Of a stretch of 64,000 nucleotides of DNA, positions 40,295-56,836 are shown one piece after another; position 1 is the first letter of the stretch; each line of letters opens with the position of its first letter. The notes under the pieces were generated by a model. That model did no database searches and had not been told where the DNA came from. It saw nothing but the letters and a program-made list of their open reading frames with translations. The position numbers and the translations under genes are program-made. The stretch lies in assembly GCF_009914755.1 (NCBI RefSeq), contig NC_060942.1. One strand, given 5' to 3'. This DNA is from the human T2T-CHM13v2.0 reference genome, Homo sapiens.

Positions 40295-40480
40295 GAGCCA
40301 TTTAATTTTTACATTAATCTTAATAAATATGTACCATTAACCCTATTTTCCAGGTGAAAAAGCAGCAACTGGTTTAGACAGGATAATGAACTTTGCCCAC
40401 TTGGTACACAGTAGAGCCAGGTTTCAAATGCAGGCTATTAGACTCCGGACCACAAACCTTTAACCACTGCAACATTTTAA
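40295..40480 (-). mobile_element. MIR
   Basis: CCCTATTTTCCAGGTGAAAAA...TTTGCCCA...GTAGAGCCAGGTTTCAAATGCAGG...GACTCC. Confidence 0.65.
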
Positions 40481-40524
40481 CTCCATCATGTAGAGATGGC
40501 ATTTATCTGGTCTCTAAATGTGCT

Positions 40525-40526
<2 letters not shown>

Positions 40527-40574
<48 letters not shown>

Positions 40575-40790
40575 CCAGGAAAATATATACATATTTTTAT
40601 ATATATACACACACATATACATGTATATATATTTATGTATATATATGTATATATAGTATATGTATACTATATATAAATATATATATGTGTATATATAGTA
40701 TATATGTATATATACTATATATAAATATATACATATGTATATATACTTATATAAATATATACATTTATGTGTGTATATATAAATAAATGT
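40527..40790. repeat. (CA)n followed by degenerate (TA)n
   Basis: Long CA run then TATATG/TATATA units. Confidence 0.95.
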
Positions 40791-41089
40791 CTGTATATTT
40801 TTTCATGGAAAATGATAGAAACTGATTTTTTTTAACAATTAATAAAAGGATGAACAAATTGGATATGAGCATGGAGAGAAATTAAAGAGTAATTCTTATT
40901 TCTTTGTTTATCTGTACCAGACACTTTTCATCTACCTGTTATGGGATTTTTCTTTGCTGGAAATAGTCTCATTACCCTACATAAAAGTATTATTTTACAA
41001 TTAAACAATGAAATAAATATTCAACCAAAAATTGAGAAGCTTCATTCAAAGTTGGTTTTCTCTAAATAAAAGTTTGTTGTCATGATCCT

Positions 41090-41262
41090 CAGGTGTTGGT
41101 CTACACTTGAGTTACCTGGAGAATTTGTTGAACCTACCAATCCCTAGGCTGCATCCTACGTAAGCTTATTCTGTAATTCTGAAGTGAGACCTAGAATCTG
41201 GGATTCTGCTTGTTTACTGATTCCCCAGATGATTCTTATGGACAGCAAAGTTTGAGACATTT
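41090..41262. mobile_element. MER5B-like
   Basis: GAGTTACCTGGAGAATTTGTT...TTCCCCAGATGATTCTTATG...AAAGTTTGAGA. Confidence 0.65.
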
Positions 41263-42915
41263 ATTTTTAGCGTAAGGAAAATGCTTTAACAGTTCTACAC
41301 AAACAGTTGTTTTAGCCCCAAGGCAAATGAAATATGAACAAATTAAATGAATAGTAAATTAAGTGGGGGAGGATTATAGGCCTTATTATTGTAGCCAAGC
41401 TTATACGTATATTATTTTAGGTTTGAGTTACAGGTTCTTTCTGAGTCTTTCATTGAGATATAAAATATACTGAAGATTAATTTGAGAAAATCAGATTGCA
41501 AGATTGAGAGAAAAGTGCCCAGTGTTAATTAAGGGTTGGTTATATTTGATATCACTTGGAGTAATTGAAGTACACTGGTCTTTGTTAACTGGGTCAGCCA
41601 GGGGTCGAGAGAACAGGTGGTTGAGCAAAATTTCATAAGCACCTGTTTAATATTTGGCTCTGAAATTTCCCCAAAGTTGATCAAAGTGGGGATATGATCA
41701 TTACCCAAAGATTGTTTAGAGTGATTGAGCCTTGACTGATGAAAAAGGAGCTAATTAGAAACTCACCCTTCCAATCTGGAAAGTGATGAAGTTTAAATAA
41801 GATTGGCAAGCAACGGACTGACCTAATAAAACTGGTCTCTTGCCACTCTTCTTGTCCCTCCTACAATGGAACTTTTCTGTCTTCTTTCTAATTAAATTAT
41901 CCACTTTCTCTAGGAGCTCATACACTTTTGTTTTCTATTCCCATTTTCTTGTCCTTTTTGAATAACTGGATTTAACATTGTCCCACACTTTTTCAATACC
42001 CTAATAAATCACATCCATTGGTTACCCTGAAATACATGTAGATTTGTTTCCTTTAATATTCTTAATCAGTTATTTTAAAAAATTGTATATAATTCATATA
42101 GCTTTGATTTTAATAGTTGGTTAGCCATATAGTCTACCAAAATCACTTTCTGGGAAGAACTTTAATAGTAGGCAATGTGGTTAGTTTATATGACAGAAAA
42201 CTTGTGTAACTAATACAGGTATTAAAAGGTCTGGATTGGGAATTCAATATATGATGGAAATTAGTCATAAAATATCTATTCTTGATTTCAACAGCTAGAT
42301 AGGAAAACATTTTTAAAATAAAATATCATAAAAGTACAATATAGAGATATCTCAGCATGAGTTTAAATATTAAGTAATGATTGACAGAATATATTGAAAA
42401 TTTGCATATTTTCTCACTGGAATTAATATATTTTTTAAACAAGCAGCATACAGTATGTGATTTAAACTAGTAAATTGTAATAAGTTTTCTTTTCTAAATA
42501 ATTAGAACAAATTAGAGATGGTAATGTTATTCTGCTTTCATCAGCTCCTAAATAAGCTTTAAAAATAATCACCATAGTTTGTCAAGAATTGCTAGGCTGT
42601 AAGCAAGGAAACCACTGAAAAAAAATGAACTGATGTTTTTGAATATTTTATTAGAAAATTATAAGGGAAACCTTACACATTATGGGAAATTTAAAATAAC
42701 AGAAACATAAACTACAAGGAAATTAAAAAAATAAATGCAATTTACATTGTATTTTCTCTTATTGCTCATATAATTGCTTCAACACCTATTTATTGAGGAA
42801 TAACTCAGTGGGGATATGTAAGAGAATTAAGAGTAATAAAAACCCTGTCCTCATAGCACTTATATTCTGGTGAATTAAAAGTAGTAATTTCATATAGAAA
42901 AAGATGGAACACTCC

Positions 42916-43152
42916 TTTTTTTTTTTTTCAACTTTTAAACTTCCAGGGCTTATGTGCACGAGGTGCAGTTTTGTTACATAGGTAAATGTGTGCCATGGTG
43001 GTTTGCTGCACAGATCAACCCATCCCCTAGTTATTAAGTCCAGCATCTATTAGTTCTTTTTCCTGATGCTCCCCCTTCCCCACACCCCAGACAGGCCCTA
43101 GTGTGTGTTGTTCCCCGCCATATTTCCATGTGTTTTCATTGTTCAGCTCCCA
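42916..43152 (-). mobile_element. L1PA10/11-like 3' UTR fragment
   Basis: Poly-T then GGTGGTTTGCTGCACAGATCAACCCATC...TTGTTCAGCTCCCA. Confidence 0.9.
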
Positions 43153-44280
43153 AGACAAACATTTGAATGCAGAGTAACCAGCTTTGTCAAGGGAAAAGTG
43201 TGGCCAACAAACTAATATGCCAATAAAATGTCTCAAGATAAACTGCCATGGTCAAATTCATGAAATTCATGAGAAAAGGGCATATTTCTGATAAATAATG
43301 AGAATATAGGATACTAATTCAAATCTACTAAAAGAAATCCTGACATGTATGGAAGTATTTATATGGCTTTCCCATGGCCAAAGATGTAAATCCATAATTT
43401 ATAAAAAGAAAATTATGTCTTATTTGCTGTCAAACAATTCTAATGTATTTTCAGTTAACAAATATTGTGAAGCAATGCATTGTGTGGTCAGGATTGAAGT
43501 AAAGAGCTGTGGGGAATATATGTGGAATACAGAATGTGATCTCTAGTACACAAATAGTATATACTTACACTTTGCCTCAATGTACAGGCACACGCATGGA
43601 CCAACAATGTTTGGTTTGTTTACATGCTATTCAAAGGCCATTTGTGCTGAGAGGACAAGCCCCACATATTTTAGAAAAAAAAGGTTGCTTTCAATGTTGA
43701 TGAAGTGACAAGTGGTGACTGATGGAAAAAAAATTCTTGGCTCCATTGATGAGAGCAGAAAAAGGAAACTCCAAGAGCATACCTATGTTAGACCCCTTGC
43801 TATTGAGAGAGAGAGAGAGAGAAAGAGAAATACTTCTTATCCTACATAAGTAGAGTCTGACTGTTGTAAATCCAGAGATAAAGGACTCTCTCTCTTAAGG
43901 ATTTTTTTGGATATTGACTGGCTTACTAGAGGTGATGGGTCTCGAACCAACATAAAAATCTTCATTTTATTTTTCCTTTTTGACCCTCCTATGCAGACAT
44001 CTAGCATTATAGATTTTTACATGGTCTTTATTTCATTACTTTTGTCTTATATACCTAATCTTTCTACCTAAAGCCCACTCTCACATGTGCAGTTACTCAT
44101 TGCTTTCCTCTCTTTAATATATGTATGCTTGCCTGTTTGTATGTATTTTTAATGTGGTGTGACTGATTTTTCAATGGACATAAATGGTATTGCACTTTAG
44201 ATTTCAACCTAATTTGTTCTTTCAACATTCAACACTATGTTTTTAATGTCTTTACTTGATCCTGTATATAACTATATTTT

Positions 44281-45040
44281 AGGAATTCTTAAACATTCTT
44301 ACTCTGTAGACCCCTTTGGCAGTTTGGACTTCTTTTCAGTATAAAATTGTATGAAATGCTATGAAACGAATGCATTTAAAACTTGTAGTGGCTATAACCC
44401 AATATATAAGATTTCAAAATAAACCAATTATACTGAAATGCAGTTACTAAAATACTGAACCAGCCGGGCGCCGTGGCTCACGCCGGTAATCCCAGCCCTT
44501 TGGGAGGCTGAGGCGGGTGGATCACAAGGTCAGGAGTTCAAGACCAGCCTGGACAACATGGTGAAACTCCGTCTCTACTAAAATACAAAAAATTAGCTGG
44601 GCGTGGTGGTGTGCACCTGTTGTCCCAGCTACTCGGGAGGCTGAAGCAGGGGAATCGCTTGAACTGGGAGGCAGAAGTTGCAGTGAGCCGGGATTGTGCC
44701 ACTGCACTCCAGCCTGGCAACAGAGCCAGACTGTGTCAAAAAACAAAAACAAAAAAAAACTAAACCAATAAATGTGTGGCATAGCAGTATATATATTTTA
44801 ACACATTTAAAAATGCAAGCTACAAGGCAGTTTAATAACCACAATTATTATATTAAAATGATTAGCAGATGCAATGTTTTGGGATGTCTGCAACAAGTTA
44901 GATGTGATTTGAAAATAAACGTCACTTCTGTTGGTGAAAAAGTCAAGGTATTGTTAACAGAACTATGGTTTGTTGCCTTCATTCATAATTAAATGAAATG
45001 CTAAACATCAGTTCAAGATTTGTGAATATGAAGATGTATA
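44281..45040 (+). mobile_element. Charlie4a-like hAT transposon split by an Alu
   Basis: GACCCCTTTGGCAGT...AAACCAATTATACTGAAATGCAGTTA, resuming TCTGCAACAA...TGGTTTGTTGCCTTCATTCATAATT...AAATGCTAAA. Confidence 0.8.
44462..44755 (+). mobile_element. AluSg-like
   Basis: GGATCACAAGGTCAGGAGTTCAAGACCAGCCTGG; TSD-like AAAATACTGAACC / AAAAAACTAAACC. Confidence 0.93.
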
Positions 45041-45637
45041 TAGTATATATATAATGTGTATATTTATTGTAGTTATATGATTGTTTATGTCCCACTTGTA
45101 TGGCGGTGGGCAAATTAGGTAAGACAATATAGACAATATATAGTAATGCTTATTGAATGGGTTAATATGTGTAATTATTTTGTAAAATACAAAGTGCCAT
45201 CTACAGGTAAGAAAATACCACTTCCTCTCCTCAGATTTGGTCAAATCAAGGTTTGGGCAGATAACCAGCTTAAATTCTACTAGAAAAATAGAAAAAAACA
45301 AAAGTTCCCATTAAGGCTATCATGCAATCTCTGCATTAAAGCTGTATATTGTTTCTTAAAAACTTCACTTAAATTTTGCATATGATGTTTACTATTTAAC
45401 TATTGAGGATCTGAAATCCCAAAGAAAGAAATAAAATTCAGTTAACTGTGCTAAGTACAGGAACACTGGGGCATTTTAGAATTGTAACTGACACTCTGAC
45501 CATGAGGAAGAGATAGAACACTCAGTTCATGCATTAAAAACCACAACATTTCAACAGTCTAAAAGCATTTACTGTGGGCATACTCTTGTGGATAACAGTG
45601 TGTTACTGATTTTTTAGTACAATAAACATACATAGTA

Positions 45638-46570
45638 GAAAAAAAACAAATAGCCCCATTAAAAAGCAGGCAAAGAACATGAACAGACACTTCTCTGAAG
45701 AAGACATACAGCGGCCAACAAAAATATGAAAAAATGCTCGACATTGCTACTCATCGGAGAAATGCAAATTAAAGGCAAAATGAGATATCATCTCACACCA
45801 GTCAGAGTGCCTATCATTAAAAACTCAGAAAATACCCGATGTTGGCAAGGTTGCAGAGAAAAGGGAACACTTATACACTGTTAGTGGAAATGTAAATTAG
45901 TTCAACTCCAATGGAAAACAGTATGGGGATTTTCAAAGAACTAAAAATAGAACTACTATTCAATCCAACAATCCCACTACTAGGTATACAACCAAAGGGA
46001 AAGAAATTGTTTCAGAAAAGACACACGTACCTGCAGTCTTATGTTTATTGCAGCACTATTCACAATAACAAAGTCATGGAATCAACCTAGGTGCCCATCA
46101 ACAGTGTATGGGATAAAGAAAGTATTATACAGATATATCTATATCATATATAAAGTATGAATACATATATATGCCCATGAAGTACTATGCCGCCATAAAA
46201 GGAATAAAACCATGTCTTTCACAGCAACATGGATGGAGCTGGAGGCCATTATCTTAAATGAAATAACTCAGAAGCAGAAAACCAAATACCGTATGTTCTC
46301 ACTCATAAGTGGGAGCTAAAAATGGATACACATAGACATAAAGATTAAAAAAATGGACTTTGGAAACTTCACAAGAGGGAAGGTCGGGAGAGGAAACAGG
46401 GTTGAAAAACTACCTATTGATTATTATGTTCACTGTTTCAACGATGGGTTCACTAGAAGCCCAAACCTCAGCATTACACAACATAGCCAGGTAACAAACC
46501 TGCATATGTACCCTCTGAACATAAAAGATGATTAAAAAAAAATTAAAAATAAAAATAGAATAAAAATAAA
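45638..46570 (+). mobile_element. L1PB-like 3' end
   Basis: ATGAACAGACACTTCTC...GGGTTGAAAAACTACCTATTG...CTAGAAGCCCAAACCTCAGCATTAC...GTAACAAACCTGCA. Confidence 0.9.
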
Positions 46571-46819
46571 TATTATGAAAGAAAAAATTCATGCATAGTG
46601 TTTTTAATGGTTATTAATTTCAGAACAATACTATCAAAGTAAGTTATATATTACCTTATAAAACCATGCCAAAATCCTGTAATACATTTCTATTTCAATT
46701 GAGGGCTTCAGAAGACAGTTATAAAGAGTATTTGATATACTAAAATTAAAATATAATGGTAATGAAACTTGGAAATTTATTTGGTGAAATTGAGACTTGC
46801 ATTTTATCTATTTGGAAAC

Positions 46820-48030
46820 CCAAGAAGGTCAATAAAGGATGCTGGAACAATTGAATAGTCATATGCATAATAATAAAAAAAAAATACATGTCTCATATTA
46901 CACACAAAAATTAACTTCTGTTTTTCAAAAGCTACTATTAAGAAAATGAAAAGGCCATCCACGGCCTCAGTAACAATATCTGCAAGACATATGTACAATC
47001 ACTGACTTATATCTATATTAATAATTCTTGAAACTCCATAATAAGAAACCAAACATCCCAGTTTAAAAAATAAGTAAGATATTTCAGCAGGTATTTCACC
47101 AAAGACTGTGTATAAAAAGCAAATACCCATAGGAAAATACTTTTAACATTATTAGTCATTAGAGAAATGCAAAATTAAAACCATAAAGGTTTACTACTAC
47201 ATATCTGTCAGATTGGCAAACATTTTAAAGGCTAAGGTATATCCAGTTGGGTGAGAATGTGAAGAAACTGAGGTTTTCATACATTGCTGGTGAAAATACT
47301 TTGGCAGTTTCTTAAAAAGTTCAACATACACCTACCATATGATTCAGCCGTTCTGTCTTTAGATGTTTAACCAAAAGAAAAAAATTATATGATCATGAAT
47401 ATACTTGTAAAAGAAAGTTCACTGAAGCTTTATTTCTAAGAGTTCCCCCAACTGGAAACAAGTCAATTGTCTTTCAAGAGGTGAATGAATGAACACATTT
47501 TGTTATAGCTGTGTAATACTTACCTGCAATAAAAACAAACTATTGGCCGGGCGCTGTGGCTCACGCCTGTAATCCCAGCACTTTGGGAGGCCAAGGCGGG
47601 TGGATCACGAGGTCAGGAGATCGAGACCATCCTGGCTAACACGGTGAAACCCCGTCTCTACTAAAAAACATACAAAAAATTCGCCGGGCGCGGTGGCGGG
47701 TGCCTGTAGTCCCAGCTACTCCGGAGGCTGAGGCAGGAGAATGGCGTGAACCCGGGAGGCGGAGCTTGCAGTGAGCCGAGGATCGCGCCACTGCACTCCA
47801 GCCTGGACGACAGAGCGAGACTCCGTCTCAAAAAAAAAAAAAAAAACCACAAGAAAAAACTATCAATATATATAAACTGGATGTATCTCAAAGTAATTAC
47901 GCTGAATGAAAGAAGCCAGCAAAGAAAAAGGAATACATAATATATTACGTGATTTCTATAAAACTTTAGAAAATGCCAACTGATCTATGGTGCCAAAAGC
48001 AGATATGCGGTTGCCTGGTGGTGTGGGTAG
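46820..48030 (+). mobile_element. Old L1M (L1MC/ME-like) split by an AluY
   Basis: ATTAAGAAAATGAAAAGGC...ATTAGTCATTAGAGAAATGCAAA...TTGGCAGTTTCTTAAAAAGTT...GGATGTATCTCAAA..ATTACGCTGAATGAAAGAAGCCAG. Confidence 0.75.
47545..47846 (+). mobile_element. AluY (CpG-rich, young)
   Basis: GAGATCGAGACCATCCTGGCTAACACGG and GAATGGCGTGAACCCGGGAGGCGGAGCTTGC. Confidence 0.97.
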
Positions 48031-48793
48031 GGGAATCACTTTTCTCGGATGACTAACATTACTTTTCTGATTGAGAGCACAAATGGGACAACTTCAGCTC
48101 CCTTTGATGTAATTAGTTTGATAAGCCTCTTTTCCTTTCTTAGTCATCTTTTCAATCCATGGTTCTTCTATAACAAAGAGGTTAGGAAAACACATTGTTT
48201 ACATGGACAATCTGAGTATTTGTAGATTCCTCTGTCGGTGTCGCAAATGAGAGATGATTGCAACTTTACCATTAAGCCGCAAGTCTTGAATGTTAGTCAA
48301 ACTGAGCAACTCCATTTGTTTTTGAAAACAGAACTTACATTAACCTGAGTCTGTGTCTATATGCAAAATATAAAAGTAAGAAATAAATTCAGTTACATTA
48401 TAAAGAAGGTAAAACATATCCATTCTTATTTATCTAAAATAAATTAAAATAGCTTTCTCAAAGATGAATGATCCTTTATTTCAACCTGTGGGGGTATTTT
48501 AAGCGCTTTAAATTCTGTCTATTAATGTGAAATTTATCTGTCAAAGCTTGAGAGTGGCCACCCATTTACACGTGAGGAAGCTGAGTGTCAGAGGTAAACT
48601 GTCACACATGCTTCTGCCCATGCAGAGTAAGAAACTAAAGCTCAGATGTCCCAATTCAGTGGTCTTTCGATGAAAGTGTTCTATTTTCCTAATATTAAAT
48701 ATTTGCCTTCTAAAATAAATGCACATTAACCCCACATAAGTTATTCTCTTTTTAAGGACAGGGGACCCTTAAAGGAACTTTAATACCTGGAAC

Positions 48794-49278
<485 letters not shown>

Positions 49279-49334
49279 TTATGTTCCTGAATCAGTCACT
49301 AGAGAGTAAGTTATTGATGTGACAGCCAATCATC

Positions 49335-49802
49335 TTCAAATATTTAAGTTGCACTTACAAACAAGGACATTCTCCTTCATAACCACTGTAAAAGCAGGAA
49401 AGCAGGAAATTAATACGGATATATTACCATTAGCAAATACACAGATGCCCATTCAAGTTTTGCCAATTGTACCAATAGTTCCCTTTTTGGCAAAAGGCTC
49501 TGATGCAGGATCATGAGTTGGTTTAGTTGTAATGTATCTTTAGTTTCCTTCAATCTAGAAAAGTCCCTGAGTCTTTCCTTGACTTGTCTGACCTTGATAT
49601 TTTTGAAGATTTGCAAGCCAATTATTTTGTTTAATGTCCTCAATTTGAGTTTTTTTTATTTTTTTCTTCATGAAAATATTCAGGTTATGTATTTTTAGAA
49701 GGAATTTCACAGAAAAGACACTGTGTTCTTCTAATCGCAATTTATCACTTGGCACATTATTTCTATTTGCCTCTGCTCGGAATTTTTAATTTGATTACTT
49801 AA
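49335..49802 (-). mobile_element. L1MC4/5-like 3' region
   Basis: AACAAGGACATTCTC...TTTAGTTGT...CTTTAGTTTCCTTCAATCTAGAA...GACCTTGATATTTTTGAAGA. Confidence 0.75.
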
Positions 49803-52800
49803 TTCAGATGATGTCTTACCTACCTTATCCACAGCAAAGTTACTGGATCATAGAGAAAGAGGGAGAGGGAGGGAATACAGTACCATGCATGATAGAACAT
49901 TTGTTTGAGCCATATGAAGATGATCCCTATCAGGTTTCAGACCCTGGCAGGGATAAAAAAAAAAAAAAAAAAAAAAAAGCAGGCCACTGTGCTGAAAAGG
50001 GAGACCAGCAGCTACTGATCAACCTTCAGGGCCTGATTCAAACAACTTTTAATCTTGCCCAGGAACTTTCTAAAGTGTTGATGAACTTTCTTCAATCCCT
50101 GAGAAACTAGGTTGCCAGACGAGAAAGGTGTTTCTGGGTCAGAACTGTCAAACCAACGTCCGCACCCTGTTCCATTTTTTATGAGAGGTACTGAAGACAA
50201 CTTTCCAATGAAGATAGTGAAACTAATGATTACCTAGAGGGAAAAATGTTTGTCCTAGTCTGGCATTCTTACTACTAACTTAAGCTTGTATCCCTAAGTC
50301 ACCAAAAAGTCTTGAGCTCCAGTCCCCAGGCTTATTCGCCCAGTTAGATATTCATAGCTCTTCATTTGGAGAGTAAGCCATAGAGTATGATGTGGGAAAA
50401 GAGAGCAGTCATGATGATTTCCTCTGCTATACCTTAACCTTGACCCCACTCTCAACCTGGGCTCAGTGACAACATGCTGCTGACTTTGGTGAGAAAACAA
50501 AGGTGAAGAAGTGAAGGCAAAGCCAAAGACAAAAAAAAAAAAGAAAAAGAAAAAATAAAGTCAGGCCTGTAAAATCCCTGTTCCATCTGGTCCCTGGCTG
50601 AGTCATCTCTCACCTCAAAGAGGTAGCTTCAGGACAGACTCAGAGACTCCAGAATTGCCTCGGCCAGACACCTGCTCCAGAAGGGCAGACCCATCTAACC
50701 CCTTCTGCTCACCCTCCACCAGCCAGTTGTCCTGAAACCTGGGTCTAGGTATCAACATGGAAGAAAAATAATTAGCTCACTAAGGGAAGTAATTCTTAAG
50801 CAGCAATTCTATCTACTTGGGGAAAATCCTGAATATTGCTGTGGATCCCAGAACAGCTGCAGTGTCCTCTGCCTTTTTTCTTCTTAACCTTGGCCTATCA
50901 CCCACACTGATTTAGTTCCCTACACGTTCTTTCCCACCCCATCTTCCCTTGCTTCCTTCCTCAATGAGGATGTACTATTTATTTCATACTTGCAATTTTG
51001 AACAGATCCTTGAGTAGCTGGTCGATTTGGCTTCAACCCTCCATAGAAGAAGCCCGGTTGGGTCCACTTGACTCACCCCCGCCCTCTGAGTATTCTCCCT
51101 GGATGCTGGATGACTCCTAGATTTCCTCCAGTGAAAAAGCATGAAAAGTAGAAGAAGTAGACAGGTGGGTCTGAGCTTCAAAGGCAGTTCCTAGTGGTGG
51201 AAAAAGAGAAGAGAAAGAAACAAAGTAAATTAATTCTAAACCAATAGCAATGGACCAATGGGCTGGTTTTACTGTGAGACTTTCACCTTCACCACTAATT
51301 CAAATAAGGTCCTAAACAAGAAGAGACAGAAGATTCTTTAGAGGTCCTCTCTGTGTCACTCTTTTATTTGTGTGTGTTTAAAAAAATCCCAGGAACAGAG
51401 ATGTCAAAGTTTGAACAAGGAAACCTAGCCAGTAGGCTGAGAAGGAGAGCTCCAGTTTCTGAATCCATATTTCTGCAACTGAACAACTCCCTTCCTGAGA
51501 GAAGAGATGAGCAGGGAAAGAGCACTGAGCTCCAGGAGAGGGAAACAGCATGGAAATGGAAGTGAGTGATGGGAGGGTGCCGAAGACAGGTTGGCTGATT
51601 CTACAGTTTTGTCAAAAGCCAGCCTGGTCCCCCGAGCTCCTGCTGCTTGAAAGGCCATTTATGTTGTGGAAGCCAGGAGGCAGCCTGCAATCCTGTGTGT
51701 TGGAGTCAGTCATATTTAGGTGTTTTTGTATTGCTCCATGGCAGAAGCCACATCAAAAAGGCCCCTCTGTGCTACCAATATGATTATTGAGGGGCGGCGA
51801 TGGGGTATCCTGTGGCTTTCTGCACTGCCTCCAGACTCGGGGCTATACCCAGTTCCTCCATGAGTAACATAAGCTGAGAGCATGTAGGGCTTCTCATTAA
51901 CTTAAGAGCTCTCTCTGCTTGAGCTAAATATGTTACTTTCATGCTGGAATTTCCTTCATTTTCTCTCTCTTATTCCTCATTACCTCCTCCCCATACACGC
52001 CTGTTGGAAAACCCAGGCTAGCAGATTTCATTTTTACTTTGCCTAAGATGGACAGCAAAACTATAATATTTCTTAAGGCTCACAGGTTTCCAGTTCAACC
52101 CTTCAAGATTCCCATTTAGAAATCATCTTACTAAAAGTAAAAATAAATGAATGGTTTTCTTCTATATTTCATATGTATTTCTATCAATTAGAATTATTCT
52201 CTCAATCATTGTGATTTAAAATACAGAGAATTTCACAGACTGCAGAACACTTATGTATTCTAAAACATCAGCAAAACACTGAGGAAGAGGACAGAAAAAA
52301 ACAACTTAACAAAATTAGCTGTTTCCAAGGGACTCAGATTTGGGCAGAAAAAAGTGAATGTTATCCAATACGATAAAGGCTTTAACAGCTATGCACCAAT
52401 ATGAAGATACTCAGGTAGGAGAATAGGGTAATGAAGCTTGCTAAACCAAAGAATATTTAGCTGACTTTAGATTTTTCTGTTAGGAAAGGAGAGAAGAACC
52501 TTTCAGGTATCTAAAGTGCCCCCAGAGTTGAAGGTACTTATGTGTTTGCGTGAACTGAAAAGTAGGATGTTTTGCTGTATTTACAGCATGGAACTGTTGG
52601 GCCCAGCAGTTGGTAGGGGATGGTTGGGGATATAGGGTAGGGGGATGATAATGGTGAGACTGGAATGGAATCTTGGAATCATTTTCCCTTTGTCCCCTCA
52701 CTGTATATTATAATGAGTTACTTTTGACCTAAATGTTTTACATAGCAAGTCCTCCCAAAAGGCAGACATAGAAACACAGCTTGGGAAAGGTTTGAAATCC

Positions 52801-53372
52801 ATGATGACTTACAAAAAGTGGGCTTATCTCTTGCGGGAAGCAGTCCCACATTTGAATCTGTCATTATTCTTCATTTCAATGCTGCCATTAATAGTAATAC
52901 CTTAATTTAAAAATTTAAAAGTAGTATTTCATCTCCAGTTCATGTGCAATATAAAGACTGTACCTCCACTATACTATGTAATATCAAATAACCTTTAGCT
53001 AAAAAAGAAAAAAAAAGAATAATCTGTTGTCAAGAGAAAACATACACATTTTTATGGTACCAACTCCTTGGCCTGGTATCAAGACCCTCCATGGGCTGTA
53101 CCTCCCTTTCAAACTATTTACTTTTTTTTACCCTAAACAACTCATTTATTTGATTGTTGATGTGGGGGGAAGGATTCCCATTGACTCCCATTGACCCACT
53201 TTTCAACAACTTGAATTCTTTCTCATCTGCATTTGTTCAATCGTATCTTTCTCCCCATTTTACTATCTGCATTTTCACCTCTCTAAACCTACTCATCTTT
53301 CAAGCCTGGGCTAATTTTCTACCTCAGGTATGAAGTCAAACTGATTTCAGTTTGTTTAAAAATAAAGTATCT

Positions 53373-53701
<329 letters not shown>

Positions 53702-55539
53702 TCACTCATACTGTCTGTATTACTCATACTGTCACTCCATACTATCATTAAAAAAAAAATAAGCGACAGTATGGCAAATTAGAAAAAGAAATATCTCTGG
53801 AGTGAGAACCAAGCCTCAATTTGAGCTTTGTTCAAACAAGTGAGTTCAATTTTCTCACCTGAAAATGGGATAACACCTTAAAGCATTATTGTGATAGACG
53901 AAATAAAATATGTATAGTACTTGGCTGAAGTAGCCTCAGTTCTCTTTTGTTCAAAATGTCTTTTAAGTTTAGTGTTGCAATAGTACTGCTATATATGATA
54001 ATCAGACACTGCTGTGGATTCTAATTTCTCATCTATTTTATATTTCAAATCATGTTAATGTCTTAAGAGTAATAACTATTTATCTTGCTTTATATCTCTA
54101 CATTATCTAGATCACAATGGGTTCTAACTGAATATCATTTTTTAATCAAAATACTATATACTGTATATGAATGCTAAACAGTTATTTGGAATAAAAGCAT
54201 TATTTCTTCACATACACATAAAATCACGTGATTGATGTGTTCACTGATTCTCTGCTAGGAAATGCCAATCAAACTTGTTCTTTTTTCTATCACTGTCCAT
54301 TTCTCTTTTACAGGGTAAAGTCGGGTTTGAGCCCAAATTCAACATCCCCATTGCTGAGTCATATTTGAAAATACTACAATGGAGTGGCCAGGTGGCCACA
54401 TTTAGGTGTGACAGAGAGATTTGGAGAGGTTCTGATCAGAATTCGGTTAAGGTCCTTCAAATTAGTCTGCCAGCACTTGGGAAATCTTCAAAAATCACTT
54501 CATATATATTTTTCCCTTAACTCTCTATCTTTCTAAAAACCATCTCACTATTGGCTCAGATTATGCACATTAAGGGATCTGTAAAAGCCATGCTAATTTA
54601 AACTGCAAGCACTGAGCATTACAAATGACTTACACCAGTAAAGCCTCTAAGTCTATAAATATGTGACTCATCAGCTTCCAAAAAATCAGGTCAGGAATTC
54701 CTTAGTTTAGAAATTGTCTTGACAGTGTTAACCACAGGCCTTTAGAAAAAAATGCTTAATAGCATCATATGATTGCAACTAGATTTTAAAGGTCATTGAG
54801 TCTTTTTCTCTACCTGTATATAATACCTTGCTTGAGAGAGTTGCTGTTGTCCTTTTATGGATCATCAGCGACACCCTACCTCCTACCCTTGGCTTATCCT
54901 ATATCATTCTGCCATCATGTTAGTTCTTTCATCCTTCTTTGATTAATGCCATCAAAATAAATGCTCATCATTAATTCATGAAGGCAAAGATTTAGTAGAC
55001 TGGCCCAGGATACATTCTGAACACCTGTCTGACATACAAGGTCTTTGGTAGTAGGATCCCAAAGCTTCTTTGCAGTCTCATGCATTCAATAATTAACTGG
55101 AAGTTATAGCATTCCTACTAGCTTTTAGGCATTTAGCAAAGAACATATACAAACAAATTTGATGTAGAACTGACCTCAAGTTGCTTAGAGTCCAGTAGAA
55201 GAAACAGAGGAGTATTCAAGTTAGTAAAATATAATATTGGGAAAACAGAAAGAAGATATTAGTAAAAACAGAGTTTTAAAAGATCCCAGAGGGGCGATCT
55301 TTGGAGGCAAGGGATGTCGGGAGAGCATTTAAGATAAAATGTTCGCCAAACCAAATCTTGAAGTATGAATGGGGGATAAGAAATAAGTGATTGATAGACA
55401 ATTCACTCAAAGGGATGAACATGTATGGAAGAAACTATATCAAGCATGTTATCTGTGTTGAAAATTGCAATTAATTCAGAAATATTATAGTATAAAAATA
55501 CAATGCCCAGCGAATTAAACAATGGTACTGTGCATCAGA

Positions 55540-56836
<1,297 letters not shown>

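Noticed and set aside
49808-51783. Short ORFs in the unique region (49808, 50984, 51353, 51550)
   Set aside because: No recognisable domain or exon structure; lengths are as expected by chance, and one runs through a poly-A tract.
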